Program-made: the position numbers and the translations under genes
Part shown: one piece after another, positions 25,752 through 38,771 of the stretch
Numbering within the stretch: the stretch's first letter is position 1
Layout: each line of letters opens with the position of its first letter
Assembly: GCA_038496445.1 (NCBI GenBank)
Contig: JALMLS010000578.1
Location: 310,001 to 374,000 of the forward strand
Source: Trichosphaerium sp. ATCC 40318
Lineage: Eukaryota; Protista; Tubulinea
Direction of reading: 5' to 3'
DNA length: 64,000 bases
Notes under the pieces: model-generated
Told to the model about the DNA's origin: nothing
What the model saw: the letters and a program-made list of their open reading frames with translations, nothing else
Databases searched by the model: none

Positions 25752-26821
25752 TGCTACGGTTGCTGTTATGTTGTGTTGTAAAAAGTTTGTGTCAGGTTAG
25801 GTGAAAGTTGAATTTTTTTAAAATCGGGTCTTACCCAAAACGTTTGTAAGTATGCTTTAATTTGAATAAATGAACGATTGGAAAACTTATTGGAGTTTCT
25901 TCATGTGAAATTATCCGACTGGTTTTGAAAACCGCAACCCGAAAGCTAAAAGGAAATTTGAACCGAATTTTCAAACGAAAACAGTTCTGGATAGCAACTT
26001 ATCGATTTACAAGCACATCTCGATTTGGGGTAGATTTTCTACAAGCCTAATGACGTGTTTTTGAGTCAGAATCGCATTGTTGTTGAGTTTTTAGCTCAAG
26101 GTACTAATATGTGGGAATAATTATAAAGTAAGGACTCCTTGTCGTAGCAGTTACATTATTTTCAACCTTGCTGTTGTTAAACTAGTTTCCACCGTTAGGC
26201 TCATACAGTAAAAAACGCTTATACTCACTGTGCTTGTGGTGTTACAATAACGGTAAAATTGATGGCTGTTGGAGCATTTTTTTGCAAAAGTAAACATATA
26301 AATGATCACGTGATGAAAAAAATTTGATTAACCCAAATGCATGCAGTTGTTTGACAGCGAGTGAGGGTTTTTTTGTGTTTAAACTCGTTTCCAATTGTGG
26401 ATTAGAAAAGGCGAGCTTGGGAAACACATGTCGACTTTTATTTAAAACATTTTTTGGACAAGGGCCAGTTTTCTTGGCCTACTATCTTCAACTCTGTTGT
26501 TGTGCTAAGAAATGGTGCGTAATTGGCTTACAGGACTTAGCCGACCAAATCGTCCCTCACTACAAGTTCGAAGCTCCAAATAAAAATGTTGGTACATGAA
26601 GGTTGACATAATTGAGGTAAAAACAAGGTTGTTGAGGTGCCTTAAGGTGTTGGTATAAACTTTAATACCGTGAAAAAAAAGTGGCAAGGTTTTTTGCTGG
26701 GCTTGTACAGAACCTAGTTAACCTTCCTAACATTATAAGATAGGAATGTGCGTCAGCGGTTAAAGTCATTATTGGTCATTCATACAGCGAATACAGAACA
26801 TTCAAAGTCGTCTTCCAAACT

Positions 26822-28155
26822 ATGAGATTTGTATTCGTTTACGTATTTACACTGCTTTGTGCTGTATCAGCACTCCAACAATTAAACGTAACCAAACCTG
26901 ATGCGAACTATTGCGGCACTCTGCTTTGCGGACAAGGTTGTATGACGTCTTGGAACACTCCTGGTAACGCAGATCATAAACGGTGCTGTAAAGGCGAGCT
27001 GAGTGTCAAGAATAGCTGCACTGGACCTTGTAGTACAACTATAGCAAACTGCGTATGCGGTAGGTACGATTTCCTCAGCTCATACCCGTTCTCGAAAAAA
27101 CAATGTACACGTGCTTCCAAACTTTACGAATCAGAGATTAAGCTCAGAGACCAATCACTGTACACCGTAAAGAGTAGAATGGCAGCACAAGCGAAGGGAG
27201 GAGGGATAAACGCTAACACTTTCTTTAATTTCTTCATTGAGCCTTTCAAATCATCATACGACTTTGATACAGCAAATATGGTTGCTTTCCAAGCTCTTAT
27301 GTCTGAGCAGGACCCACCGCCGCCACAAAACAAAAACATTGCCAATCTTTTGTTTGGTATCTTCACTACCGTCATATCTGCGTTGCCAAATGTCACAGCA
27401 GAAGTCAAAGCAGCGCTTAGTATCACAAACAGCGTCATAAGTTTCACAACAAACACTCAAAACAATCACTACCGCGAGAACTTACAATGGAAGCAGTTCT
27501 TGGTCGTCAAGGCGCAGTCATACAACGATGCTTATATTGGCTTAAAGAACGGGTTGTGGAACTACACAAGAACATACTGGAGTGTTAAACGACTACCAGC
27601 AGTCGTCAACGATACCAACTCTCAGGCCTTCAAGGATCTAGAAGCGCTTATGACAACAACTTACAACAACCAAAAACCTCAATCAGAAGCCTTTATTGAG
27701 TTCATAGGCACGTGTTTGCTGACACAATTTTTTTTCTGATTTTTTTCTTAATAGCCGATTACCTCAACTCTGTTGGAGCTGGCATGGTAATAGACGCATG
27801 TAATGAACCTGGTTACACATGGTTTAACTGGCAGATATCTCAAGTGACGAATAACATTGCCATAACAAAGCTACTTTCTGGGCATCTCGACAATTGCATT
27901 AATCCTCATTCAAACTTTAAAGGTAGTTCAGGTACACCTGTGAACCAAGCAGTGTTTTCTTGTAAGGCAACAGGATTTCCAAGAGGAGTTAAATACGTAT
28001 GTGTTCTTGTAGTGTTTTGTGTTTGGTACAACTGACGTGTTTGTATTTAGTGGTCAGCTGTTAATCCTTATACCAGTGGTGTTGCTGTAACAGTACCTGG
28101 ATCGTCTAGTATGAAGGTTTGCTCTCTCGTTGATGCATCGACTATTAAATTCTGA
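26822..28155 (+). CDS. Secreted Cys-rich protein with amphipathic helical hairpin, copy B
   Basis: Inverted paralog of 5184..6554 with the same three exons. Upstream homology extends about 400-500 bp. Confidence 0.85.
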
Positions 28156-28590
28156 TATTTGTCAATAAACTTCATTCAAGTTAATACTTTGTTAACACTT
28201 AATTTAAGTAATCCTTCAAGTTCAGTATTTACATGATATTTTTTTCTTTACTCAAACAAGATTAACGAAGTCTATCTGTTTCTTTCGTGCATTAGAGTGC
28301 CAAGCACTAATTCAAACAAGAATACAAAACGATAAAGACCTTTGTTTAAGCAGGTAGATCTGCTTTCACGACCACCCCAGTTTCTACAATTAAAAGCTCT
28401 TCCATCTTCAGACTACTGTAAGCTTTGTTGTAGATGCTACTGTATATCAAGATTGCATTTTTGCATCTTGTGGGAACACGTGAAAGTTGAAGGCGTTCAT
28501 TCAATTGAAAGGTGCGAGTAGTAAAAAGAGAATACTCAGAATTGTTTAAATGAATCAACCTGGAGTATACACAACAATTACTATCTTTAT

Positions 28591-29055
28591 TTATATTGGT
28601 TTCAAACAGTACTTAGGAAACACACCAGGAATATTAGTTTTGAAATGCAATTTATCACTAAGGCGTACACCTTTTGAGTAGAAAATGCTTTGACATAATT
28701 CACCAAACCGACCCCATCTTTGTCTTTCTCCATCTAGAAGACCATTGACGAAATAACATTCCTCTCTTTGTAGACCCAAACAATCCCATCTTTCCCATTT
28801 ACCTTGTCTGTTTAAACATAGGTTAAACCTAGTTGTAGTTGCTGCGTATTTTGATATACGAGGCCAAACAGTATATACGTCTTTGTCTTGATTGATTATT
28901 TTATATTGCAACTCCAATGGAAGTTGTAGCAATCGGCCACAAGGACTTGGCAGTGTAGTATTGTTTTCAGAAGAGGTGACTGTTAACTATTGTGTGTTAG
29001 GTCAGTACACAGTGTTTGAAAGTACTTGTACCTTTTGAGAAAAGTAAGCTTCCAT
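28591..29055 (-). CDS. Short F-box + MORN-variant repeat protein
   Basis: Exon 1 29032-29055 (MEAYFSQK), phase-0 intron 28987-29031, then LLQLPLELQYKII..WPRISK..TTRF..GKW and about 2 repeats. Confidence 0.7.
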
Positions 29056-29759
29056 ACTTCGATATCAATAAGCTTATCTGTTGCGATTGTTGTAGCGTGG
29101 CGGAATAAGGAGGACTTTTATTACGGGTGCTATTATTTCAATCAAATTCTGCGATGTAATTATTCAGTCGAGTTTTCGTATGAATATGAATGTAGAATAA
29201 ATCCCTCCAGTGGCTACAATCTACGACAACATCCTCCAAGGTTTTCCCTTATCTGACTTTTCTCAGAAAACCCCAGCGCAAAAACGCCCTCATTAATTAA
29301 TACGTGTAGTTCAATATAATATGCTCATTCATTAGATGCCAAATTTTTATGTCCGCGGGGACACTCTCAGTGCATTAATGGCAAAGCTTGCAGAGTTGCA
29401 CAAGCTTACCTATGTTCACAAACGATCCCGAAAAATCAGCCTATTAAGAATTAGCATTATTTCAGTTCAAACTTATAGTGCAAACCCCTAGTATGTTTGA
29501 AAGAGTAGGATTCTAGTCTAGCACACTAGTTTACTACTAATTAGTAAGAAACACGCCAAGCACAAGTCAAAATCTATCTTTTCTTAAGTACTAATACGAA
29601 ATGCGATATTTGTGATTCCTCAAAAGCGTTGCCATTTTTTTTTTTTTTTTTTGAGGTAAAGCTGGTTTATTAATAAAACCTCAGAATGCATTGGTAGGAC
29701 CAACAGCAACTAGCGGTGCTTGTACATTATTACAATATTACACTTTTTTTTCTTGTTTT

Positions 29760-31420
29760 TAGTTTTTGTGTTTGTGCTCTATTCCACATATGAGCTGAGC
29801 CATGCTGATCGGTTTCTTGTACGGACTGGTGTGGATGGCGCCAAAAGCGTTACTGCCAGCTTTGATGGTTGTTGTAATAACATTTGACTAATATCAATGC
29901 TTCTCATACACTCTGAAGATAATAGTGTTAATTCTCAAGGTAGTACACGTGAACAACTATTTTTATTGTCTAGGACTTCATTGCTTCGCTAATACAATAA
30001 TTTGCGTACATCTGATGTACAGGGTGCATACCTGAAGCCGATACCAACTGGTATTCACTTGGTATAGACCCTTGGTACTGCATAAGCTCCTTCCTTGATC
30101 AGAAATCAAAGAGTGGCCTTGCATCAACATCTGCTTTATGGTATACGTTCTTATGGTCTACTGGTATCTCCTCAACAATTACAATTCAAAACAGTGGCTC
30201 TCAATAATCTCATCAACAACTTCAGGTTCGTCAACAACGTAAAATGTGTGCACGTGTTAAACTCGCCAAAATACTTAGAAGCGTTTTTTACATGGGTACA
30301 AGTTAAGAAGGGCAGGCTTTGGGGTTTATTCTCGGAGAAAAAATCAGCTAAGATGGGTATGGCTTAAATCAAAATAGAAAAGCTACAAGTGTTCACAAAC
30401 ATTAACTATCTTTCATTGGGTATGGGTGTGACAAATGAATGAAGATGTGGAACATTTCAAGCGTTTGGTTGGACTGAACAAGACTGTCAATATCGAAGGA
30501 CACAATAGGAAACAACAACAACAATGGCGAGTAGCAATCAAAACATCCCTCACCCTCCCTAAAATCCTTTTTCTTTTTTTTTGTAAAAATTATTCTTTAT
30601 TTTTCCTTCAAACACATTTGCAATTCACACGAGTGTTCTTAAATGTAGAATAAATCCGCTCGTGTGGCTACGCTAGAGCCACCAAATACTGAGCGTCTTT
30701 CCTCCCAAGCGCGTCTCCCTTATATTGACAATGTTGTCCAATCTAACAATGGGTGAGAGAAATGTGCAAACTAACAACATTAACACGCCTTGATTTATTA
30801 GGTGGACAACAAGAAAGAAGACAACATACATCATATACAAGATATAACTATGTCAAGATTGATAGTTTGGTGCCTATTACAGCATTAACAAATTTGACCA
30901 AACTCAAACTTTTAGCTTGTAATGTTAATGACTTATTGATTCAACTCAAACATTTGGTTTCATTAGTATCTTTTCATCTTGAGCTACCACGTAAGTATGT
31001 AGGTTATATTTCAAAAGAAAGTAGCAGTGAACTTGGAAAGAGTTGGAAGCACTTAAAGTCCCTTAAACTATCAGGTTGGGATGCTGGAGACTTTTGTGTT
31101 GAGAATTTTACAGCTTTAGAAAAATTACAGTTTGTCACAACATGTCGAAAGTATAGTCAAACTCTAACTGCGGTACCATTGCTGACAAAGCTAAAGAAGC
31201 TTTGTCTCAAACATACAAACACAACAAACGACTTGCTTGAAAAGTTAACATCGCTAGTATTGTTGGAGCATTTGGATTTATCGTACTGCGTCGATATTTC
31301 TGATGACGGAATACGAAGCCTATCTTTTCTTTCAAGACTTTATACTTAAACTACATTGAGAAAGTTACACAATGTATACTGGAAACTCTTGGAAGTTTGA
31401 AAAAGTATCACGTGATCAAT
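29760..31420 (+). pseudogene. Decayed (F-box-)LRR gene of the RNI-like LRR class
   Basis: ORF 30753..31349 has LxxLxL repeats (LEHLDLSYCVDISDDGI). The upstream region is broken by stops and frameshifts. Confidence 0.6.
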
Positions 31421-32013
31421 TAAATGCCCTCAATAAGGCACTACCAGCTTTGACAATCGATGAATATGATTCAGGTATCCAGGGTGTCCACCTCTTACAA
31501 GTTTATTTTGATTGTAGTAGCAACGTGTCGTTGTGGTGAGAAAGCGATATAAATAAAGCATAAACAGTTTAACAAAAAAACTGGAAGCCATCTATCATAA
31601 TTTTGTGTTTGTCGTAACACCCAAATACAACCGTCTAAGAAAAATAAGGGAAAACTCCTACTTTTTTTGGCGTGATAGTAAGCTTTGGACCTTTGAATCG
31701 AACCCAAACTAATTCAGAGCCATTGAGAGCATGTAGAACTTAAAAAAGCATGTGGTGGCATGGTACAACACCAACAAAGTCTCAGATTTTGTTACTGAGT
31801 TTCTTAGCCGTCGGTTAACTGGGACCGGACCACGACCACCTCTAGACGCGAATTTTATTCAGGAAGGAGACGGAATTCTTGTAACTGCTGGTCTCGGTCA
31901 TTCAAGTCCCCGCCATTTTCCCCGACATAATACGTGTCACCAGTCTTTTCGTTTCTTCCTTGTTGGTCAACACAATTCTTCAAATTCTAACGAAGTAACG
32001 TTGTAAACATGAA

Positions 32014-32874
32014 ATGGAATTAAAACGCAAGGTAAAGAACGTGGCGTGAATCCAGAGTTATTTTCAATACCTATTAACTCGGAAATAGATAAATAGCTTG
32101 GAATCATTTAATTACTGTGTATTACACCTTCCAGTTGAGTTACAACTTGATATAATAGACCTAGACTTTGAAATGTATTTAAAATGGCCATTACTATCAA
32201 AACAAACAGCGACGACTACAAGGTTTAATACAGACTTAGAAAAACATGGTAAATGGATTAAAAAAAGACATATTTTTGGTTGTCTTACCACAACGTTACA
32301 GATTATTTGCCAAGAGTCTTGGATACATGGAAAACGTCATGGTATTCACAAAGAGTGGCATGAAAATGGTCAATTAAAGGAGCAGTATAATTACGTTGAT
32401 GATATAAGACATGGTAAGTATACATCTTATTATCAACATGGTCAGTTGGCTGTGGAGTGCAGTTATGTTAATGGGATACTTCAAGGAGAGCATAGAACGT
32501 TTTTTATGGATACTAGTAGTTTATGGCAAAGGAGTGTTTATATTGATGGTATACGTCATGGTGAGTATAAGCATTGGTATGATAATGGTAAATTAAAGGA
32601 ACATTGTAATTATAGTAATGGTAAACGAGAAGGCGAGTACAAGAAGTGGCATAAAAATGGTAAACTTGAAGAGAAATGTATTTATGATAATGGTAAACTT
32701 CAAGGGGAGTTTAATAAGTGGCATGATAATGGACAATTAAGAGAACAATGTCATTATGTAAATGATATACGTGAGGGAGAATATAAGCATTGGAATGATG
32801 ATGGTCATCTAATAGAGCGTTCTCACTATAAAAACAATACATGGGAAATAGTGAGTTCAGTTCTACCTTGTTGA
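32014..32874 (+). CDS. F-box + MORN-variant (YwqK-like) repeat protein, intact
   Basis: Exon 1 32014-32031 (MELKRK), phase-0 intron 32032-32088, VLHLPVELQLDII, and about seven 24-aa G..K.W..NG.L.E...Y repeats. Confidence 0.85.
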
Positions 32875-33594
32875 GTACATTTGTTCGGCTTGACTATTGG
32901 CATGGAACACCGAAACTGCTTGTTCGATAGCATAAGAAAATAGATCTATACAGTATTTTGTAACATTGTAAAAGAGTGTATCAAGAGTAGTATGTAAAAT
33001 AAAGAATACAAAATGGAGTTAATCGGCTTGTGCACTTATATGAAATACATTGTCTTTTCTGACGTTCATTTCCGTTGTCGTACCTGGCGGGGATAAGAAT
33101 CCGTGTAGAAGACAAAAAAGCGCCCGAGTTAGATACCCAGAGTATATTAATACTACGCAGGAAGTTCAATAGGGGAACAATTTACAACAAGGGTAAAATG
33201 GATAGTTACGGCGCTAGATGTTGGCACTCCTACCTTGCTGTAACACCTGTCAGTGCTTATTTAGAAATATCTGTCCTGTATCTGTACCATCTCAGGCTCA
33301 CGTTGTAAAACGCTTTTTTTTTTTCTTCTTCACAATAATAAACGTGGCGTCATCCCAAAAAATGGTGAAATTTCTGGAGTTTACCCGTGTTTTTGTCAAA
33401 TATTTTACCCGGTTAGGTGGTCTTTTTATTTATCCCTCGTTCGTTTAAAGTTGTATTGTACCATCTTAACAGTACCTACAAGTACTTCATACTCGTTTAC
33501 ACTCCTGTCAGTGCTTCAAATAAAACAACCGGCGGAAGAACTTAATTGTGCGGCCAGGAAACTCGCTTTTTTCAAATACTCACCTTGTAGTGAC

Positions 33595-36411
33595 ATGAGC
33601 TCTTCAGACGAATCAACTGAGAGCAATTATGAGCATACAGAAACAGATGTTGAAGAAACTGAAGATGAATACGAATCAGAAGCAGATCAATACGATGAAA
33701 AGAGCTCTCAGGACGATAAACAAGTAGAAAAGAAGCCAGCGCATAAGAAAAGGAAGAAATCAAAGTCAGCCGACGCAACAGAGAAGACAGAACCGATATC
33801 GGGTGGCGCTGTACATAAACTACCTGATTACGACGCAGATACGCTTCAATACGAGAAAGTAACTCTACAAGCAGACTTGAGATGGAAAGGAATCAATTTC
33901 CGTTCAGAACCAACAAAAAAGTTTATTTGGTGTGGCCCGGAGAAACCATCTCGATTGATTCTTGACAGTACGTCATAACGCGTTCAGTAAAAGTCTTATT
34001 TAACTCTTATCCGTGCAGACCTAGAAGGTGCTATACCAGCAGGTAGTCTTGTTGCTGTAATGGGTCCTTCTGGAGCTGGAAAAGTAAGTGAAAAGTAACT
34101 GTTTATTGTCTTTGTTGACGAGTTCGAACAAAATCTTAATCTCCGTTTTAGACTACGCTCATGGATATTCTTGCAACTAAACTTAAAGCATCTGATGGGA
34201 AAGTGGCTATAAATAATAAGTACGTACACAGGAGGTTTTTTGTAGTTTTGACTCTTCGTTATCACGTGCGTTTAACTAAAATTTTTTCAAAGGCTTGTTT
34301 CTCCAAACAGACCATTTGTTAGCCAGGCTTATGTTAAGCAAGAGGATGTACTAATGGATACACTATCTACAAAGGAACTGCTTCGATTTTCAGCAAGACT
34401 GAGACTTCCAAAGGACATGAGGCTCAGCGAGAAATATGCAAGAGTAAGGCTTTTCGAATGTACCTGTACGAAGTTTTAATCAGGCGGTAGGTTGATGCCG
34501 TTATTAAAGAACTTGGGTTGACGAAATGTCAAAAAACGAAGATAGGAAATAAAGCTGAAGGTAACGCTGGCCTCAGCGGTGGTGAACGGTACAAGCGTGA
34601 AGTGTTTTTTGTATTGCTGACCTGGTTTAGAAAACGTGCTTCTGTTGCGATTGAGCTATTGACAGATCCAAGTATTCTTTTCTTAGACGAACCTACAACA
34701 GGTCTTGACTCTGAGACGTCATACCACTTGATAAAAACGCTTGAGAAAATAGCAAAGTCAGGAAGAACTGTAATCAGTACAATCCACCAGGTACTTATCT
34801 TGATGTTTTTTTGGTTTTTGAAATGTGGCTAACTTAACTTCCTGAAGCCTTCTTCCGATACTTTTGCCGTATTCAATTATCTTCTCCTTATAGTAGACGG
34901 AAATATAGCTTTTCTTGGGAAACGAGAGGATGCAGTAGCACATTTTAATAGTTTGGGTTTCACTTGTCCGAAATACACAAACCCAGCTGATTTCTTCTGT
35001 ACGTAAACTTTGCAGTAGCGTCCAATTTTATTGAATCCGCGTGAAAATAGCATCTGTTATTTTACTTTATCCTCCTCACATAAACTTATAGTGAAGATTC
35101 TTCAAGAGGATGAAAAGAAACCAGTGATAATCAAAGCCTGGAAAAAGAAAGTAAAAAAACAACAAAAACAAAAAGACGAACCAATCAACATTGGCAGCGA
35201 TGGAAAGTGGCCAAAGAAGAAGAGTCATTACCAAGCATCAATGTTGACACAACTAAGGCTTTTGACATTCAGAGCTTTTGTTGGTAATATCAGAAATCCA
35301 TTAAAGACTGGAGCACGACTTGTTCAAATGGTTGTTTTGGGATTACTTTTTGGATTTGCTTACTTCCAGCTTGACAACGATCAAGCTAGTATTCAAGACC
35401 GGGTTGGTGTACTCACCTTCTCACTTATAACAGCTGTTATGTCAAGCATGATGAACTCTATTTATTCCTGTACGTCAGGCCACCGAACCGTTCTTTTTAC
35501 CAGAAACAGTTTTCTTGGATTTTTCTTAAGTTTTGTTTTCCTTAACTTGTATGTCTAGTCCCTCCAGAGAAGGAAATTTTAATAAGAGAGTACTCATCTA
35601 GTACTTACTCTTTATTCCCATACTTTGTTTCAAAAGTTATTGCTGACGCTCCGTTCACGATTGTATTCAATATAATCTACTTGCTTCTTTCTTATTTCGC
35701 AATCGGATTCCAGCTCGATGTCATCTCAATACTCTACTTTGGTGTACGTATTGCAATCAAACTCCATGATATCTCACGCTGTACATAGCTTACTATGATT
35801 ATTGTTGCTCTTATATCAGAGGGTATCGGTATATTCGCTGCATCTGCTACAGATGACGTCAATTTTGCTTCTTCTCTCGCTCCAATGCTAGTTATGCCTT
35901 TCAGTGCGTTTTTTTGTTTAAGAATTTCTCTGTGCGTTGTTGTTAACTAACGAACTTTCTTAGTACTATATGGTGGTCTTTTCCAAAACTCAGAGACAGC
36001 GCCTGTCTATTTTTCATGGATACAAGATATTTCTTACGTGAGATATGCGTTTGAGATTATAACAGTCCAAGGTACATTTTTTCTAAAACTCTATGACGCC
36101 TTCTTCTTCTTCTTGTATCTTACGTCTGTTTTTCACTTTAGAGTTCACTGGATTAACATTCACTTGTGATGATCCAATCATTACTATTGACAACACAACT
36201 TCTTGTCCTACAGATACAGGGTACGTTCCACAGAAATTGCAAAAAAAAACAACACAAAATTAACAATGTCAATAGTGAGCAAACAATTGCGTTTTATGGA
36301 TTCTCTACTGGAAATGAAGGAAGGAACTTTGGTATTCTAGTTGGTATTCTGATATTTTGGAGGCTAACAGCATTTTTATTACTCTGGAATAGAATGCGCA
36401 AAGTAAAGTAA
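33595..36411 (+). CDS. ABCG (White-like) half transporter
   Basis: Walker A GPSGAGK|T, LSGGE|RKRAS signature, ILFLDEPTTGLDS, STIHQ, NPADF, followed by an ABC2 membrane domain. Confidence 0.95.
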
Positions 36412-36499
36412 AAAACAATACAACAAACTGTACAAAACAAAATAAAAAACTATAATACTCTGATGTGTATGTAAACCTTGGCTTTTTTAGCCAGATATT

Positions 36500-37851
36500 C
36501 TATTTAGTGCTAGATGTACATACTATGTTTCCAAGTCTTGATAATATGGTGACATGTGCATCGATGTTTTTGATTGAGTAAGGAAGAGATGATAATTTCA
36601 TATGTTTTTATTGTTACAGCTGTTCTTCATACATGATGGGTAGGTTATCATGCAACCAATCAAATTCTCTTGTATGTTGTTGTTCCGCTTTAAATCGATC
36701 ACTTTCTTTTGAAAGACCAGAGCAGCGCACTAATAGATCATAATACTTTTGTTGGAAAGTGCAATGCTGGCAATGTTCGTCACCGCCGAACATTGATTCA
36801 TCGGGACAGCTGAGTTCTTCGATACTTGGTAGGTATTTGTTTATTGGCACTGGTTCCAACAGATTCAGCGGCGTAAAGGGGCTGCAGTCTGCTACAATAT
36901 CATTTTGATTGGATGTCATTTGATCGCTATAAGCTGTTTGTGTGCTATTAACATCACTCAATTGTGTAGCTGCCTCTACTTCCATGCATTTGGCGTCTAT
37001 TGTAGCAGTTTGAAATCCTAGAACTGATAAGAGGTAATGTTGTTATGCAGTTTTCCAACTGTTGTTAGTACCATTTATTGTATGTTGCCTAACTAAGCTG
37101 TATGTATAAGGATCAAAACATGACGTCATATCAGGTCCTTCTGGATGGAATATAACGAACTGATACAAACATTGGCGATCATGTAGTACTTTTTTGAACT
37201 TCATACGCTTTCCCTAAAAATAGGTAAAAAAAAGTAAAAACGCAGTTTTTGGAGTAAAGACTCACCGATATAGTAGACCGAATACAGAACTTGTATAGGT
37301 TTCTGATCATAGTATTTTTGTTTGTGTACATCCTCTCAAGTGTTTTGTAACTCTCATCGCTTATATAGACTATGTAGCCTTTTTTTTTGCATGATGTAAA
37401 ATGAACCTATTAAAACTATTAGAAAAAAACGTTTGTTGTGAGCAACAAAAAAGAAACACGTGCGCAACATTCTTTTGAAAGGTGCCTATAAGGTAATACC
37501 ATCTTCAAGAAGCGTACTAATATCGTCTCTTTCTTAGCTGTGTTGCTGAACATGTGGGATTGCTGTACTATGAGTTTTTCAAATAATACAACAAAGCAGA
37601 CCGCTTCCACTCTAACAACCAGAAACTGTATAATTTGCCGATTGTGTTTTTTGTGTTTGACCACAGATCAAAAAAATCTGCAACCACACACGTAGATATA
37701 AACACAAACACAACACGTAGCTTTTATTTTTAGTGCGTATACTTATGTTAGCGTCATATATGGTTGGAGCGAAATAGCTCACAAGAACGCGGAGTTGATA
37801 CAAAAAAAGTAAGAAATCACACTGTACTATTTTTCTTTCGTATATGAACAT
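36500..37851 (-). CDS. Hypothetical multi-exon protein
   Basis: ORFs 37612.., 37419.. and 36614.. are linked by plausible GT-AG introns. No recognisable domain and the ends are approximate. Confidence 0.4.
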
Positions 37852-38771
37852 GTTTCGTTGTGTTTGATCGCTGTGCGAAGCACTAATATGGACAGGAAGA
37901 ACAAATTTTGAGATGTATCTTAACTACGTAGCTTGTTATCATAATGGCGAGTATTGTAGTATTTTTTCACTCCTTCAAATCTAATCAGACACCACAGCCA
38001 CAGGAAAATGTACAATCTTCTCTAATTAAACTCCTACGCTATCTGTACAAGCCCTTTTTGAAATTACAAGCCTATGATTGTGCTTAAACATCACGTGACA
38101 ATTAAGTCGGTATTTTCCATAACCCCACACGGTCAAACGGAAATCGACTTAAATTGACTCTCTAGTTCTTGTTAGCGATACGTGATGATTCTATCCTTCC
38201 TTAATTAACGCGAGATGTCTCACGCCATTAAAAACTGCGCAGCAGAATTTACACTACATTTTATAGCGTCATTGGGTGTCACATTGGGTATCACCAAGTC
38301 TATTTGAAAAATTATTCTGGTGTATTGGTTAGCAGATCTCAACAGCATGCGACATCACTAAAGAATTTAACAAATACTCTACACGTGACTCTTACTCAGC
38401 AAATCGTTTAAAACGAGTTTGTCAATAGCTGACAAATCTTAGCAATGCAACTTTAAGGTCAATACTCAACTGAAAACATAGGCTAAAACAATATGAAAAA
38501 CCGACATTTATGGATTCGGTACTAGCCACTGAGCAATGGATTAACCATAAGCACGTTTGCTCAAGCATACTTGTTTGGTAATACCATACTACTGCGCTTC
38601 CTTCAGTATGGATAATTTTGATAGATGCTTATTGGTATAGAAAACATTAAACTACACTTGTTTCTTTCAATTGGTTTTTTTGTTTATACAATCGTGTTAC
38701 CCTTTACGATTGAACATAAAATACAGTGTACCAGTCCCACATATCCTCGGTTGAAAATGCACTTTGCTAGT

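Noticed and set aside
31822-31915. Hairpin followed by AAGTCCCCG, resembling the RNase MRP P4 strand
   Set aside because: No complementary GGGGCT strand downstream, and a coding gene starts at 32014.
33077-33240. U1-like start TCGTACCTGGCGGGG that could pair with GTACG donors
   Set aside because: No U1-70K loop, no ATTGCAC loop and no Sm site follow.
38270-38400. GYHQVYLK peptide resembling GYKRVYLK of the F-box-LRR genes
   Set aside because: Too short and too decayed to call as a paralog without an alignment.
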